Positions 34,500-49,106 are shown, numbered from the stretch's first letter. The stretch is 64,000 nucleotides of DNA from Selaginella moellendorffii (GCF_000143415.4 NW_003314269.1:2425544-2489543), one strand, 5' to 3'. Translations and numbers: made by a program. The notes: generated by a model from the letters alone, not told the origin.

Positions 34500-37400
34500 T
34501 CAGCTTCGAACGTGTAGCTTCACCAGCAGGGAGTACACCCCGTTTTCAATCTGGAGCAGCTCCTTGTGCCTGCCCTGTTCTGCCACCACCCCGTTCTTCA
34601 CCACCGAAATAACTCCTGCGTTGACAATGGTGGAGAGCCTGTGAGCCACCACGACCACGGTCCGGTTCTGCATCACGAGATTGAGCGCCTCTTGCACTAG
34701 GCGCTCCGATTCAGCATCCAGAGCGCTGGTTGCTTCGTCTAGGAGCAATATCTTCGGGTTCTTCACGATGGCTCTTGCTATGGCGATCCTTTGCTTCTGG
34801 CCTCCCGACAGCTGAGTACCACGCTCGCCAACTTCTGTGTCAAATCCGTCGGGAAGATCCATTATAAACTTGTAAGCGTTCGCAGAGATAGCAGCGTCTT
34901 TGATCTCGTCATCTGAGACTCCATCCTTTCCGTAGCCTATATTTGAGCCCAGCGTCCCAGAGAAAAGTACTGGCTCCTGTCCAACCAATGCCATCTGCTG
35001 CCTCAACCATCTGAGTTGGAGCGACCTTATGTCCACGCCATCTATGAAGATCTTTCCGCAATCAGGATCATAAAACCTTTGGATAAGAGAGATTGCAGTT
35101 GATTTTCCACAACCGCTCTCTCCAACCAATGCTGCAGTCTGAAAGGTAAGACGTCTTTTTACCATGACAAATAAATTGCAAAACTCAAAATGCAACATCT
35201 TACCGTTCCGGCCTCAACAAACAGTGTGAAATCTCGAAATATTTGCACATCTGGCCGACTGGGATACTTAAAGCTTACGTGCTGAAACTGGACGTCACCA
35301 TGCAGAATGTCCAAAGTGCTTCCTTGCAAATCTGCTGGATCGATTTTCGACTTGCGGTCAAGCATTGAGAAGATAGAAATGACCGAAGTCTTGACCTTGC
35401 CGAGATCTGGCGCCAGTCCAGCAGCATGCGAAACTCCAATTGCAGACATTGTGATTGCAAAGAAGACCTGAAACGAGAATATGAGTCTGCTGAAACAGTA
35501 AAGAACCCATGTCATTACCTTGAAAACTTTCTGAAACGTTGTCTTTCTGTCTTTCACAAGTTGAGCACCATACCAAAAGCTAAGGCCGTAGGACGAAAAC
35601 ATAACCACATTCGAGCAGCCAAAACCTGCACCGCTAACAAGTCCCAGGCGAATCCCGTTCTTCAAAGGTCTTCGACACTTATCTTCGTATAGCTTCAGCA
35701 TTTTCTCTTCAGCACAGAAGGAAGCCACGCTTCGAATGCTGCTTATTGCATCCGCAGCCACATGGCTAGCTTCCTCGTACATCACCTGGCAAGAGAACTG
35801 CTTTAATATCTCTAGTCCATAAAGAGGGAACGTACCTTTGCATCGGCACTGAAACCGGTCATAACTTTTATTTGCATGATCCCTTGCAGGCTAAGCAAAG
35901 GCACCAGCGCAAAAATTACGAGCGCCAACTCCCAAGTAGCAGAAAACGCAATTAGCAAGCCGGCTGCGATTGTTGCTAAGTTTTGCACGGTCAAGGCCAA
36001 GCTGTCGCCTACCATTCCTCGCACATAAGCAGCATCAGTTGATAGCCTGGAACTTATCGCCCCGCTGCATAGAACTTGAAGTCAGCGAAAAGATGCTTGC
36101 TAATCTTACCTCGAGTTCTCACGGGCATCAAACCAGCCAATCTCTTGTCGAAGAACTGTTTTAAAGGTGAGGTAGCGTATACGTCGGATCAAATTCTGGC
36201 CAACATAAGCAAAGGAGACCATCTGGCAGGGTATAATAATAAAGCATGCGCACGCGAGAACGACGAACATCGAAGCCCAGAAGTTAGCACCTTTGCGCAG
36301 CTCGTTTCGGTCGGGGTTATAGAAAACTCCCAGGATGCTTGAAAGAAGAAGGCCAAACATGGGAAAGACTATCGCATTCACTGCCGCTGCCACCGAGCCC
36401 AAGATAAACACGGGAGCTTCTGGTTTGTTTAAGGCAGCCAGCCGTAGCATCGACGAAGTTGTACTTACACCATCCCGAGGCTTATGTTTCAAACCAAAGA
36501 GATACTTCCATCTGCTGTGACTGCGACCACTTTCCTGCACCTCTCTTTGTACTGGTATTTGAAGGCTTGATTCCCTCAGAGATGACAACCGACGACGAGA
36601 TACTTTCGGACTGCCGCTACCACTGCTGCTGCTGCTGCTGCCGGACTCCTCGTCACGGTGGTCGTCATGACGCATTTCCTGCAGTTTTATAAGCTGAGAA
36701 TAGTGGCCATCTGGAATAGCCAAAAGACTTGAATGCGTCCCTGCAAAAGGTAACAGCGTGAGGACGCCTTGGTTTTTAATGTTTTCGTGTCACGTACCAC
36801 TTTCTACTATTTTTCCTTGTTGGAACACGAAAATAGAGTTTGCGTCCCGGATTGTCGAAAGTCTGTGTGCCACAATCACAGTAGTGCGGTCTACCATGAC
36901 ACGTTCAAGAGATTTTTGAACGATTCTTTCGGACTCCGCATCCAACGCGCTAGTAGCCTCATCCAGCAAAAGTATACGGGGATTTTTTAGTATAGCCCGT
37001 GCGATTGCTATCCTCTGCTTTTGGCCACCAGATAATTGTGTACCGTGGTGTCCGACATAAGTGTCATATCCCTGAAACATGTTATGTTCCATTGAATTGC
37101 CGGAAAAATAAAATAAAATAAAGAGCACGTCTACCTGTGGCATGTTGCTGATGAACCTTGCAGCATTGGCCAGTTCACATGCGGCTTGCACATCCTCCTT
37201 GGTTGCACCATTTTTTCCATAGGCGACATTTTCCCACACAGATACTCCGAAAAGGACTGGCTCCTGACTCACGAGTCCAATCTGCTGTCTCAGCCATTTG
37301 AGCTGTAGTTTTCTGATGTCGTGGCCGTCGATAGAAACCACGCCACTTTGTGGGTCATAGAACCTTTCCAGCAAGCTAATGACCGTAGACTTTCCGCTTC

Positions 37401-39239
37401 CACTTTGTCCGACAAGTGCAGCTGTCATCCCAGACGGGATCGATAAACAAAAGCCTTTTAGGATCTGTACACCTGGTCGTGAGGGGTAAGTGAAGTTCAC
37501 ACTTTCAATCTCTATATTCCCTTGCACGTTTGTCAGAATGGCACCCTTCATATTGTAGGAATCGATTGCAGGCACACGATGTATAACTTCAAACATCTTG
37601 TACGCAGCTGCTTGGCCTGCTGCAAAGGCACGCAGAGATGGTGAAGCCTGGCCCAGTGCCCTGCACTACAAGTTCAATACAGCGCTATTGTAAGAAATTT
37701 TAAAGACCAGCTTTTCTTACTGTTGAATTAAGGTTGATATAGACTGCGAGATATCCAGCTTACATGCCTCCCATGAGAACCGAAAGCATGACGTTGATGA
37801 CTGCACCGCCTGTATAACCGTTGTGAAGAATAAGCTTGGAGCCATACCAAAGAGCCAGAGCATAGCTCAAATAGAGCGTTAGCAACGTGCATCCCATGCC
37901 AAAACCTGAACTTAAACCCTGATAAACACCAGCTCTATATGCCTTTCCCAAAGCTGTATCATAGTCTCCCACAGCTTTGTCTTCTCCAGTGAAAGATGCA
38001 ACCTGATGACAAAAGACAATGAGTAATGAAACCGGACGTTTGATGTCGCCTTACCGTTCTAATGCCACCGACAGCTTGTTGGACAATATTTCCAGCGTCA
38101 GCATAAGCCATTTGTCCCCTGCTCGACGTTTTAGAAATCAGCATAGCCATCGTAGCTCCCGCAATGACGAGGAGGGGCAGCACTGATGAAACGACAAGCG
38201 CAAGCCTCCAACCTCTGATAAATGCGAGTATAAAACCACCAAAGAACGTGGACAAGAGCTGTACAAACTTTCCAACCTGCATAGACAAGCTTAGGAATGA
38301 AAACCAGATCATCTTTGCATACCTTTTCACCAATGGCATCCTGTATAAGAAAAGTGTCATCCGACATTCGGCCCAACACTTCGCCAGTACTGATTCCCTT
38401 GTCAAAAAATGAGACGTCCTGCCGCAAAATCGATTTTAAATACAAAGCTCTAATCCGTGCTGCTTGTCTTTCGCCAGCACACATCCAAAATGAAGTCTCT
38501 GGTAGAAAATCCATGCTTGTCAATCCAAAAGCTATCATTCACAATTGTAAAATACTCACCCATCAAAGCCGCAGCTCCTGTTCCCAGACCCAAAAACACG
38601 TATCTAAGAGCAACCTGCATTGAAAGCTCGTCAAACTCAAGCAGCCAAGAACCAAAAGTTGGAGATCTACTATACCTTGGAGACCTCGTGGACAAGGTTG
38701 GAGACATTGTGCTCATTCTCCCCAAAAGCGTTGGCAACCTGTCCAAAGATGAGAGCCATGAGCGGCCGTGCCATGCCATTCCCGACGGCTCCAAAGATCC
38801 CCAGCGACATGAGAAGCACGTCCAGCCAGTCGGCAAACATGAAGAGCTTGTAGAAAGGCAAGGACTTAAACTCGTGTGCCTTGAAACGATCCGGTTCTTC
38901 ACTAGCTGCGGCAGTCGATGCCACGGTCGAGACCGATGCTTGTTCTTCCACAGGCCCGATCGACACCGAAACTTCCGACGCTTTAGCGTCCGTGGAAGCT
39001 GAAATCCCCGACGCTTGAGCATCCAATCCCGAAATATCCGCCGCTTGAGCATCCAATCCCTTCTCCTCTGCGCCTTGCGCCTCCCGGACCTCTACCCGGA
39101 CCTCCTGCGAATCCTCTACCTCGATCGGCATCGCCGGCGTTGCCGATTCCAACATTTCCTCGATGCCGGCACCTACATTTCCATCGGGAGGAGCTGCGCG
39201 ATCCACAGCGGGCAGAGGCGGCGCGTCATGCACATTCAT
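34500..39239 (-). CDS. ABCB: Full-size ABCB (MDR/P-glycoprotein) transporter
   Basis: Two TMDs and two NBDs: GQSGSGKST and [24 protein letters not shown] twice, [15 protein letters not shown] twice. Confidence 0.96.
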
Positions 39240-39369
39240 CGCGAGCGCATCGATCACCGCGACCTAAAATCTCTGGCAGTTGAGGAGGAAGAACACTCTT
39301 TGTTTAGGGCAAAGTGATCCAATAAAAACTCTGGCCTAAACGATGAGAAAGAGAAGATCACGATCACTA

Positions 39370-39810
39370 CTACGCGCTCGTGAACTTGGTGACCGCCTTG
39401 GTCCCCTCGCTCACAGCGTGCTTGGCGAGCTCGCCGGGGAGGATGAGCCTCACGGCGGTCTGGATCTCGCGCGACGTGATGGTGGGCTTCTTGTTGTAGC
39501 GCGCCAGCCGCGCCGCCTCCTGCGCGAGCTTCTCAAAGATATCATTGATGAAGCTGTTCATGATCCCCATGGCCTTGCTCGAGATCCCAATCTCCTGGTG
39601 GACCTGCTTGAGCACCTTGAAAATGTAGCTCTTGTACGTCTCCGTCGCCTTTTTCATGCGCTTCTTCTTCATCGCCGCCGCCGCCACTCCGCCACCGCCG
39701 CCGCCGGATCCATCCTTGTCCGCCGCTGCCGCCCCCCGGGGCTTCTTCTCCACGGGCTTCTTCTCCGCGGGGGCTTTGCTCGCGGGCTTCTTCTCTCCCT
39801 TGGGCGCCAT
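39370..39810 (-). CDS. H2B: Histone H2B (divergent variant)
   Basis: [33 protein letters not shown]...[21 protein letters not shown]; intronless. Confidence 0.97.
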   Translation of the reverse strand: MAPKGEKKPASKAPAEKKPVEKKPRGAAAADKDGSGGGGGGVAAAAMKKKRMKKATETYKSYIFKVLKQVHQEIGISSKAMGIMNSFINDIFEKLAQEAARLARYNKKPTITSREIQTAVRLILPGELAKHAVSEGTKAVTKFTSA

Positions 39811-39888
39811 TCCAAGCGCTCAACCAATGACAAGGCTGGAAAAGCTATCGACCATGCTAGGGCTCGAACTCTAGACCTTTTCTACTGC

Positions 39889-39897
39889 TGACGTGGC
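39889..39897 (-). promoter_or_regulatory. Histone hexamer-type element GCCACGTCA
   Basis: TGACGTGGC on the + strand, ~80 nt upstream of the H2B ATG. Confidence 0.55.
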
Positions 39898-39939
39898 TCC
39901 ACATTGGCCACATCACTATTGAGTGGTATTTTTTGGGTC

Positions 39940-41589
39940 ATGGATGCGCGCGCTAGTAGTAGCGCCTTGCGCGGGGCTGGAGTGATCGTCCCAGCTCCCG
40001 CCGCTTGGATTCATCGGCGCCGGCGGCATTGCGCTGCGATTTCCAGCTCGGGCATAGAATCTCCGAGTCTAGCAAGAGGTCTTGCCGCTGATTCCAATCC
40101 AGGAGCTCGTTCTAACCTAATACTGTTGTCGCAGGCGTCACTGATAACCATGGCAATTTTGTGAGGAATGTAGCGGGACTGGAGCCTCCCACGCAGCTCC
40201 AAATGCTGCTCGACGTCCTGCAAGCCAAAGGTTTGCGTAAATTTCTCTTTCGCTCCATCTTTGATTGCTTTCGCATCAGGCGAGCAAGTAGTTTCTCCTG
40301 AGAAAAGGCAGGGATTGCATCCTTTGGCGATCCCACTGTCACAAAACTCTACTGGTAAGCTCAAAAAAGAAATTCTATCTTCGTTTGCCATATTCACGAC
40401 TATCACAGGCACTATCACTGCTTTGTTGAGATGGCCGACGCCACCAGAAGGGTCAGTATAAACCATCACCTCCAGCGATTTATTCCCTTCGCTTAGAAAC
40501 AAGGAAATCAATGCTCCATGCACGAAAATTCTAACAGCATGGCGATCCCAGTTGTCGAAGTACACACGTATGGACTGTGCCTCCTTTCTAAGAGCGTGAG
40601 TAGGCCCCGATCATTCTCATCTATGCAGCAACGCGTTGCTTTCACAGGTAGAACAATATGTGCAAAAGATTCTCGTCGAGGAAGAGGTTCACGGTCGTGG
40701 TGACGCATGCTACAGTGCTGCCGTTGCTTCCGCTGGCGGTGATCCGGACAGAGTTCCTTATAAAAGAGGTGACTTCGAAAACTCCAAACTAGCTGGTTTG
40801 GATGTCTATCTCATGAAGAAGGTGATGCTTGTCATGTTCTTCCCGAGTTTTTCTTTGTGACTTTTGAAACTGCAGGTGGGACTGTTTCCGGATGTGTTTG
40901 AGCGCTTAGCTCTCAAGCACCTCGAGAAGGGCGACGAGGTAAACGCGCATTATAACTTCACACTAACTCTCGTAGCTCTATTGAGCCAGGTATCTGCTCT
41001 AGTGACCGGAGAGTTTTATGTTACGAAGAAGCACTTTCCTGGATTTGGAAGGCCTCTTGTTTTCAACGCGGAGCTCATGCTAAAGTTTGCGATCTCCGTG
41101 AAAGATTTGCTGCAAAAACTCACCTTGTTTTCCAGAATTGGACGGAAGAGCGAGGCCAAAGACGCGGCCAGGATTGCTCTCAAGTCGCCGTGGTGGACGC
41201 TGGGCTGCGAGTACAAGACTGTGGCCGAGATTGCCGGGTGGGGAGACGAGAAAGTGGAGTACATGAGAGAGAAGATGACGGAGGAAGGAAGAAAGGAGGA
41301 GCTCAACAAAGGCAAAGCCCCCGAACAGGTGACACGGTCGTGGTGATCTCATCTACAAGATGTTTTCCAACCTTTGTTTTGCAGGTGGCATTGGATCAAG
41401 CAGCGTTCCTTTTGGACCTGGGAACCGTGGATGGGAACTGGGATGAGATTAGCGAGAAGCTTGCATCGTTTTATACGGAGGCTGGCCTGGACACCATCGC
41501 CAAATTCGTTGCGCTACAAAGTGGTATGTTCGTAGGTTGCTTGAAAGTTTGTATCGCTTCTCAAACGTTCACCTTTTGCAGAAATGTAA
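39940..41589 (+). CDS. PAB: PAB-like protein (Protein in chloroplast ATPase Biogenesis family)
   Basis: RQGLHPLAIPLS, TALLRWPTPPEG, PVVEVHTYGLCLLSK, KKVGLFPDVFERL, SALVTGEFY.KKHFPGFGRP, EAKDAARIALKSPWWTLG, GKAPEQVALDQAAFLLD. Confidence 0.82.
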
Positions 41590-42041
41590 AAGTGGTCGTT
41601 CTTGGGCTCGTCTTCTTTGTGGGCGAGGATGGAAAGAGTACACGAGTGGTTGAGCTCTCGCAAAAGAATGCGAAGCTGAAAATCTATTCTTTCAACGTTG
41701 CAAATCATTCAAGGCAAGCAAAGATTTTTCTGCGTTAATGAAGATGAAAACAATATGGATATGAAACTTAAGAATGAGTTGATTATAGTATACACCTCGA
41801 AACCCTTCCCTTCTGACGACGAAACCACGGTCAGTTCTTCGCGGCACAAACGAAGAAACTTAGCTTTTTTCTCTGTACACCTTTCTCTACCAAAAGACTT
41901 CCAGCCCGGGCACAAAATTGATGTCTGCAGCATGCTTTTCCTCGACGTCCATCCGCCTCCTAAGTACGAAAGAGCCCCTCCAAGCTCTGCTCCGCCCTTC
42001 ACCATCACAAAAGCTTGAAGCTACGATCCCTCCGCAAAATC

Positions 42042-45000
42042 TCATCTCGATGCTTGATCCGATACCTGGACCGAGCCTGTTGGCGGACCCGAGGTGGTGA
42101 CCATGGCGGAGCCGTTCTCCGCCGGCGGCGCCACCCCCCACTTGGCCTCCGACTCTAGAGGCTCTAGCACTTGGACGCTTCCGTCGGTTAGTCCCAGTGC
42201 GAAGAGATTGGGCTCGGAGGGGTGCGCTGCGACTACAAGCGGATGAGCGCTGCGAAACAAAAGAGAGAAAACTTATTTCCATGGAAAGCTAGCGTGTGTA
42301 CGTACCCTGTGACTCCCTGAGGTAGATACACGGTCGGAGCAATGCGACAGTATGGTCGCAACGTCTCGGCTTCAAACACGCCGATGGCGCCGTCGAGAAA
42401 CGCGGCGTAGACCAGCCGACTGTCGCAGGAATACGTTCCGCTAGAGATTCCGGCCGGGAAGTTGTCTTTCGGAACCCACTGGAAGAACAGCAACAAGTAT
42501 TTTGAGAGAGTCTTCTAGAAGGAGATGCGGCTTACTTGACTCAAGCGCTCTAGTTTGGCGGCATCATAAATAGCTAGCTGCGTCTCGTGCACGACCAGAA
42601 GACGAGTATGGTCGTTGTGAAACTGTACTTTGGTGTCTCCGGTGGCCGGAGTTCCCTTCACTGGCGGTGTTTGAAGGAATTTTGACTTGCGCTTCTCCCA
42701 TCCATCGGTGCCCCATACACAAAGCTGCAGAGAGAAGATGTTTAGACAAGTAACATCGCTTGTGCAGCGTCATTACCTGATCATCGGCTCCAGACGACAC
42801 AAGTACGTGTAGGACATTGGAGAATGCTAGTCCAGTAATCCTCTTTTGGTGACCTTTGAGCTTACTTTTAACCTCGTCAACTCGAACATTGTATATTTGT
42901 ATTGTAGAATCTTCCATTCCAATCGCTATGATATTGTTGTCTTGAGGGTGAAAAGCCAGGAACGTTGCTGCTGGTGGCGGTGGCATGAATGCTGTCATCA
43001 CCTGGACATGGCAAGTTCTTACACCGGTCAAGAAGGAAAAATGTGCATACCTTGAAAGTCATCATATTAAATAGAGAAACTTTGCCTCCCGAAGCGGACA
43101 TCACGTAAGAGTCATTCTTTGACAAGGCAATGCAAGGCACAGCTTCTTCCGGATTGTTCTCGGTCGTATCATTGGTCATGAGAATCCCACTTGATGGCTG
43201 GAATAGTTGTGGTGGAAAACTAGCAGTCGCCTGTAAGAACAAAATGAGTGTCAGTATCGGTAAGGTCTAGATTCAAATCATCACACATACTTTTCCAAGT
43301 GGATTGCGAGACCATTTCCAAACCTTGTGAACTGCACTAGAAGCGAGCGCTAATAAGCCCAGACCATTGTTTGTGAAGATAAGTCTTGATATCTGTTGCA
43401 AAAAGTGTAAACACTCTAGCTTACGAATAGTCAAGTACCTTGCTTGCTGGTAGAGTATCTGGTAGCTTTAATGCACGACAATGAGAGGGTTCCACAATTT
43501 CAGTTAGCTTCCACAGTTTGTTTGAGTCGTCTGTAGTTCGGGGTTTTGTCTCCGGGCGTCCATTTTCAATGCCGTTCTGCAGTTATATTTGTCAGAAGGC
43601 ATTTCAAAAGAGATTTCCATCCATACCCCTCCAGTAAAAGGTACCGGTTGCGAAACTGGTCTGTCAATGGCCACAACCCCGCTGCCTGATGCACTTGCAA
43701 CGTTCCCCTGAAGAAACATGCAAATTTACAAATTCCTTCATGGATAGACCGTCATACCTTTGTTTCCGGAGGTACTTTGTTACCCTCAAAAGACCGTAGA
43801 AGCCGCAAGCCATCTGCATTAGCCAAAATCTTGAAACCATTGTCGATTGTTGTTACTGCGAGTAAAGAGCCTTCTTTGTTGAAACGAATTCGCGGGCTCG
43901 CCTACAGAAAACGTTATAGCAACGAATCTTCCTCGAAACGAACAAGTGCTTACAGGCAATCCGCCGTCGGCATCGATGGAGGTCAATAAGTTTATGTTGT
44001 CCATGTCCCAGAACTTGACCGAGAACTCGTCCCCAACCGCTAGAAAGCAGTTCCTAGTGGTGTCGAACTGGACAACGTTTGGCATTCTCTTACGGAATCC
44101 AATGTACGTGCGTTTGATAACCCCTTCACTTTCATTCCACTCGACAAGGAATGAGTCACCCTCCTTGCTAGTTCCGCACGAAAAGAGCCTACAAAACACA
44201 TAGCCTCGTTTAGCGCGTGTCTTACGATAGAAACGAGACAAACGAGACAAACCTTGTGCCATCAGCACTGTAGGCCATTGTTGTGCACCAACTTCCAGGC
44301 GCATCATAGTCAACCCGTGAACCAAGGCAATCGTACAGCCACGCCTTGATTTTGCCGTCCATTGCTGTAGAAAATATGAACTGCCAAGAACAACAGTGTT
44401 GAAATCAGAGTACACGCGGAACTCACAATCTTACCTGTATATTTTCCTTGTGATGCGGACAAACAGAGTACACTGGCGCTTCGTGACCCTCAAAAGTGTA
44501 TTTGTTGCGACCACTCACCGCATCCCACACCTGATTTTTTCATTGCCCTTTCAGTCCATATTTTTCTCAAAGATTATGCAGACCTTGATCGTTTTGTCAT
44601 CGCCACAAGAAATGATGCACAGTTGCTTGTTTGGATGGGCAAATGCAAGATCGTTCACACTCCCCACATGCGCATCAATCTGTTGGAAGAGAAACATTCA
44701 AGTGTTTTCGTCTTCACAAGGTATAAACAATGCGTACATACCTCCACTTGCTGCCGTAGCTCGACGCCTCCAAAATACTGATAAACCTGAACAATGTGCT
44801 TATTGAAAGCCACCCCTGCACGCATGCAAAACGAGTTAGCTCAACAGCATATGACAATCGCGCGCACCTATAAAATTTCCATCTGGACTCCAAACAACCC
44901 TCGTAACAGCAACTGCTGGGTCTTTAACGAGAGCAGTCTGTAAAGCACGTTAGAACGCTAGAAATAGATATAAAAAGGACATGAGCAGACCTGGAGAGGC

Positions 45001-46709
45001 ATAGAACACACTGAAACCTCCCAGACTTTGAACGTTTTCAGCGCGAGGCGTTCCCGCGTGGCCACATCCCAAATAGCAATTTCACCAACATTTGTACCAA
45101 CTGCCAGAAAAAAGAAAGATCAGAGCGTTTCTACCACGGCGGGCACTGTACCTAAAAGAATGACTTGCTGCAGAGGGTGGAAGTCCATTGTCGCAACACA
45201 GGAACCTTGGTTGATGGTCCTCGCAACAGTCTTTGGAATATCATCTATCGTATATGACGCTTGCTGAATGTTTGGTCCCGGAAAGTTCACCTGCATTTGC
45301 AAGTCACTTACAAAATTCAAACTATCGCTTTCATCCCGACCTCTTCCACATGCTGACCAACAGGTCGGTTTCGCTTCATTAAGTGCTCGGAATCAGCCGT
45401 CTGGAAATCAACCGTAGGGGCTGGCGGAGGCGTCCTGGGTCGCTTTAGCATTGCAGCTGAAAGAAACTCAGCTGAAAACTTGAAAGCGGCAACAGAACGA
45501 AAACCAAACCTGGGTTCGGAGCTCCAGCGAGAGCGGCAGGCCCTCCAACAACACCTGGATGTGACGGAGGATTTGGATTGGCCATCCAGCCTGCAAGTGC
45601 ACTAGCTGTAGGGGCTGCTGGTTGGAAAGGCTGTACACGTTTCAAAACCAAAGTTGTTAGACAGTAAAACTAAAGCCTGCAAGTTGCACGTACGCTGTGC
45701 GCACCCAAGGGGGGGAACCCGGCACCTTTCGGAAGACTCCCGACCAAGGGACTGTTTGCTGGTGGTGGCGCGCGGGCTCCATTCGGCGCGCCACAGGTAT
45801 GATCTACAAACAGAGTTTTGATATCTGGGTTGGGCCTAGGATTCTTGCAAAGCTGATGTTGCCAATTGAGGCTGGACAAAAAAAGAAAAAAAGAAATGCA
45901 TTTCTTCTATCAGCACAGAAGTAGCTGGAAAAGCAGGTACGCACCTTTGATTAATCAGCGTTCGGAGCCGTGACGCTTTGAGCCCCGGAAATTGAAGCTT
46001 CTCCCGGAACAAAGGATTGGCCTCAATCAGTTTCTTAAGCTCCAATAGCATTATGTTCCGGGCAGATTTCGTGTCCCCATACTTGGACAGCTGTTCGTTT
46101 TCTCTGCAACCAAGTCCATAGCGTGTCAGGACAGCCTACAAAAGGGCCGTGTTACACTTCAAACCTGAAGTTTTCCAGCGTAAGAAGCTGTGTAATCTCC
46201 TTGTACAGATCTTCGTTGAAGGACGCAAACACTTTGAGGTCCTTGACTAGTATCTCCACTGCCCTCGCTCTATCTTGCCTGCAAACAACACAGAGCCCCC
46301 CTTATCAGAACTGGCTCACCACACGAGATAAGAGAGAAGCAAGAAAACATAAAAAGAGAGAAAGAGAGAAAGAGAAAACTTGTCACTCACCTGTCCAAGG
46401 CCTCGAGGTACTTTTGCTTTCTTATCTCGAAGAAAATCTTCATGGAGTAGCGATTGTCATCCACCTTGGTGAAGCCAGACAAGTACCTCTCCACCTCGTC
46501 CCACTCCCCATTCTGGACCTGATCTTCAAAGTACTTCATGTTGAAGTAGAAGCCAGATTCTTGCTCCAGCCTGCCAAAATCGCACAACACTTACATCCAC
46601 CAACAAGAACAAACCACAAATCTTCTCACTTGTGCACCGTCTCCTTGAATTTCTCCTCATCCAGGAACTGCAAGATGAGGAACACGAGCTCCCGGCTGAG
46701 TGACGACAT
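42042..46709 (-). CDS. TPL: TOPLESS/TPR transcriptional co-repressor (LisH-CTLH-CRA + WD40)
   Basis: MSSLSRELVFLILQFLDEEKFKETVHKLEQESG, ASRLRTLINQSLNWQHQLCKNPRPNPDIKTLF, WD40 repeats, FMPPPPAATFLAFHPQDNNIIAIG. Confidence 0.97.
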
Positions 46710-48449
46710 ATCTCCACCGCCCCGATCTTCTTGGACCGCTTCCCCTGCCGCCGCCGCCGCCGCGCCGCCCTGTCCTTGGCCGCTGCCACCAGCGCGTCCT
46801 ACCCTGAGCTACCAATCCATGGGAATCCACACCCGACCTGTCCAATCCCGCGCCCCGCGCCTTAACAGGACGCCGGACCTAGATTATTGGCGGCGGCGCT
46901 CGCGAATCCTCCTCCGCCGCGACTAGGGTTTGATTGACACAGAGAAAGAGAGAAGAGGAAGAACTCCAAGGAAAGGACATTGAGTTGCGCGGCAGCATCC
47001 TTTCTTGGGAATCAAAGCCCTCGCCAAAGCCGATGCCGCATTCTAGGCCCTCTCACACACTCTCACGCTCACACACACAAACACTCTCTCTCTCTCTCTC
47101 TCTTCTATCTCTCTCTCCTTTGCCAGGAAAACCAAATAAAAATTCCCCCACACACTGTCACACAAGCGCCACAGCCACACCACACCACCACTCGCCTTCG
47201 ATCGAATGGCCGACATTTGCTAATAAAAGAGGAGGAAAAAACAGTGCTCTCTGGCCGCTTATCATCTCGCCCGCGCTGCGCTTATCGCCCTATCACGCCG
47301 CGCGCTTATCGCTTATCGGGCTGGTAAAGTGTCGGAGGTCGCCAATAGCGTATCACTCCGACCCTTTGGTTTCTTTTTGCTTCGTTTATCATCTGTCGTC
47401 CTTTGGGCGCGATAGGCTATCCGAATGCCCTGTCGGGGCGCAGATCCAACGGCAGGGAACCGGGGATTGCCCCCGACATTTTGGACATCTCGACCGTTCG
47501 AAAGTGTGCGAGGGATTTTGCTGCTCGTGTTTTTTTTTTCGTCCGTCCAGTGAACGGAGGCAGACGGAGCTTCCAGAAGAAAAGTATATCAGTCGATTTT
47601 AACTTATCATCGCATAGTAAATTCTCTTTTTGTGTGTATGCCTGTGTGAGTCGAGCAAAAGGTGGCAAGAAAATGTGATTGATAAAAAAATAGGAGTCCG
47701 TTCCCTCGATGTGACCGCCCTGCTACGGGCCATAGGACAAAATGCCCACAACGCTGAGACGAGTTTAAATCCCTTTTGCGAAAGTCACAGGCTTGGCATG
47801 ACACTTGAATTCGACGTGTTTAAATCCGGAGCATATTCGCCACCAGGATTCCCGGCGGGGCATGAGGTGAGAGAATGGAATCTTTTTTCTCGCTCAATCG
47901 TTGACTTGGAACATTGGAAGCAAGAACGCGCTACTATTGGAGAGGCCACTATGGAGCTACCATCTTTTCTCTCTCTTCGTTTTTTTTGGGTCTCTCCTTT
48001 TTCCTCCACTCCACACGATCTCCAATCCTTCTCGTGAGCCCAAAACAAAAGCGTCGTCGTTTGCTCGCTCGCTGTTGAAAGCAACGCCTTATAAAGTCTC
48101 TGTACTGTGGCCTAAGTCTCTGTGTCCCGTGGATGACAGTGGAACGAAGATGGAGGGATTACGCCACATGATCGGACTGCGATTGATTGATGTGATATCT
48201 CGCCAATCAAGAAAAAAATAAAACTTCCATATAAAAAAACTAAGGTATAAGTCTCATGATCAATCTTTGCTTTTCTTGGCACCGCACCGTGTACCGCCCA
48301 GCCTGACTGGCGTACCGCGCTGTGCAGATTGACACTACGCATGGCAAGGACTGAAATTAAAATCTTTTTGTTCCTTTTTGTGGGATGAATGAGATCGGGA
48401 CGCGCAAGCGAAGCACGCGCAGTGTAAGACTGGGCTGGTTGTTCGTTTG

Positions 48450-48472
48450 GAGAGAGAGAGAGAGAGAGAGAG
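48450..48472 (+). repeat. (GA)n microsatellite
   Basis: Read directly. Confidence 0.9.
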
Positions 48473-49045
48473 AAAGAGTCTCAGAGCTATGGCGATGACA
48501 GCACTTTAGCAGCAAGCAACGAACGACAAGAGCTAAAGGGAGAACTCCTCGGGAGTACACTGGTTCTTCTTCTTTCTTTCTTTTTCTTTGACAGAGTAAA
48601 ATTGGGAAGTTCACATCACTCCTGATCGTGATCGCGAGTGGTGTATCAGTCCGGGACAAGTTCTTTTTTTTTCGATGCGAGAGTAAATTTGCTTTGCCTG
48701 TCTGCGCTGTCCTCTGTTCTTCTGCTGCAACTGCTGTGCGGCATTTTGCGCCGTGCAAAAATTCCAAGCTTTTTTCTGCCAAGTTGGAGAACTAGCCACC
48801 CCAATCCAGACTGGTCGTTCAGGCGGGGCATTTTCGTTGGTCGGGTTCTTGGAGTGGATTACAGCGCATGGGTCGATGGTGTTGGATTGGATCAAGCCAT
48901 CCAACCAAATGATTGCGAGATATAATTGTGATCTTTGAGCATCACATCCAAGACTGATGGCGTTGTTGTGTTGGTGGTGGTGTGCATAGATTGATCAAAC
49001 ACCAAGAATCATCCATCCAGTTCCAAACAGAAAGTTCATCTTCAA

Positions 49046-49047
<2 letters not shown>

Positions 49048-49103
<56 letters not shown>
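49048..49103 (+). repeat. Compound (TC)n(AC)n microsatellite
   Basis: Read directly. Confidence 0.92.

Positions 49104-49106
<3 letters not shown>

Noticed and set aside
48357-48782. DVL/RTFL-like small peptide (...VVRCLLLKCCHRH)
   Set aside because: Lacks the RxYIxRRCxxMLLCW consensus, and the ORF runs into a microsatellite.
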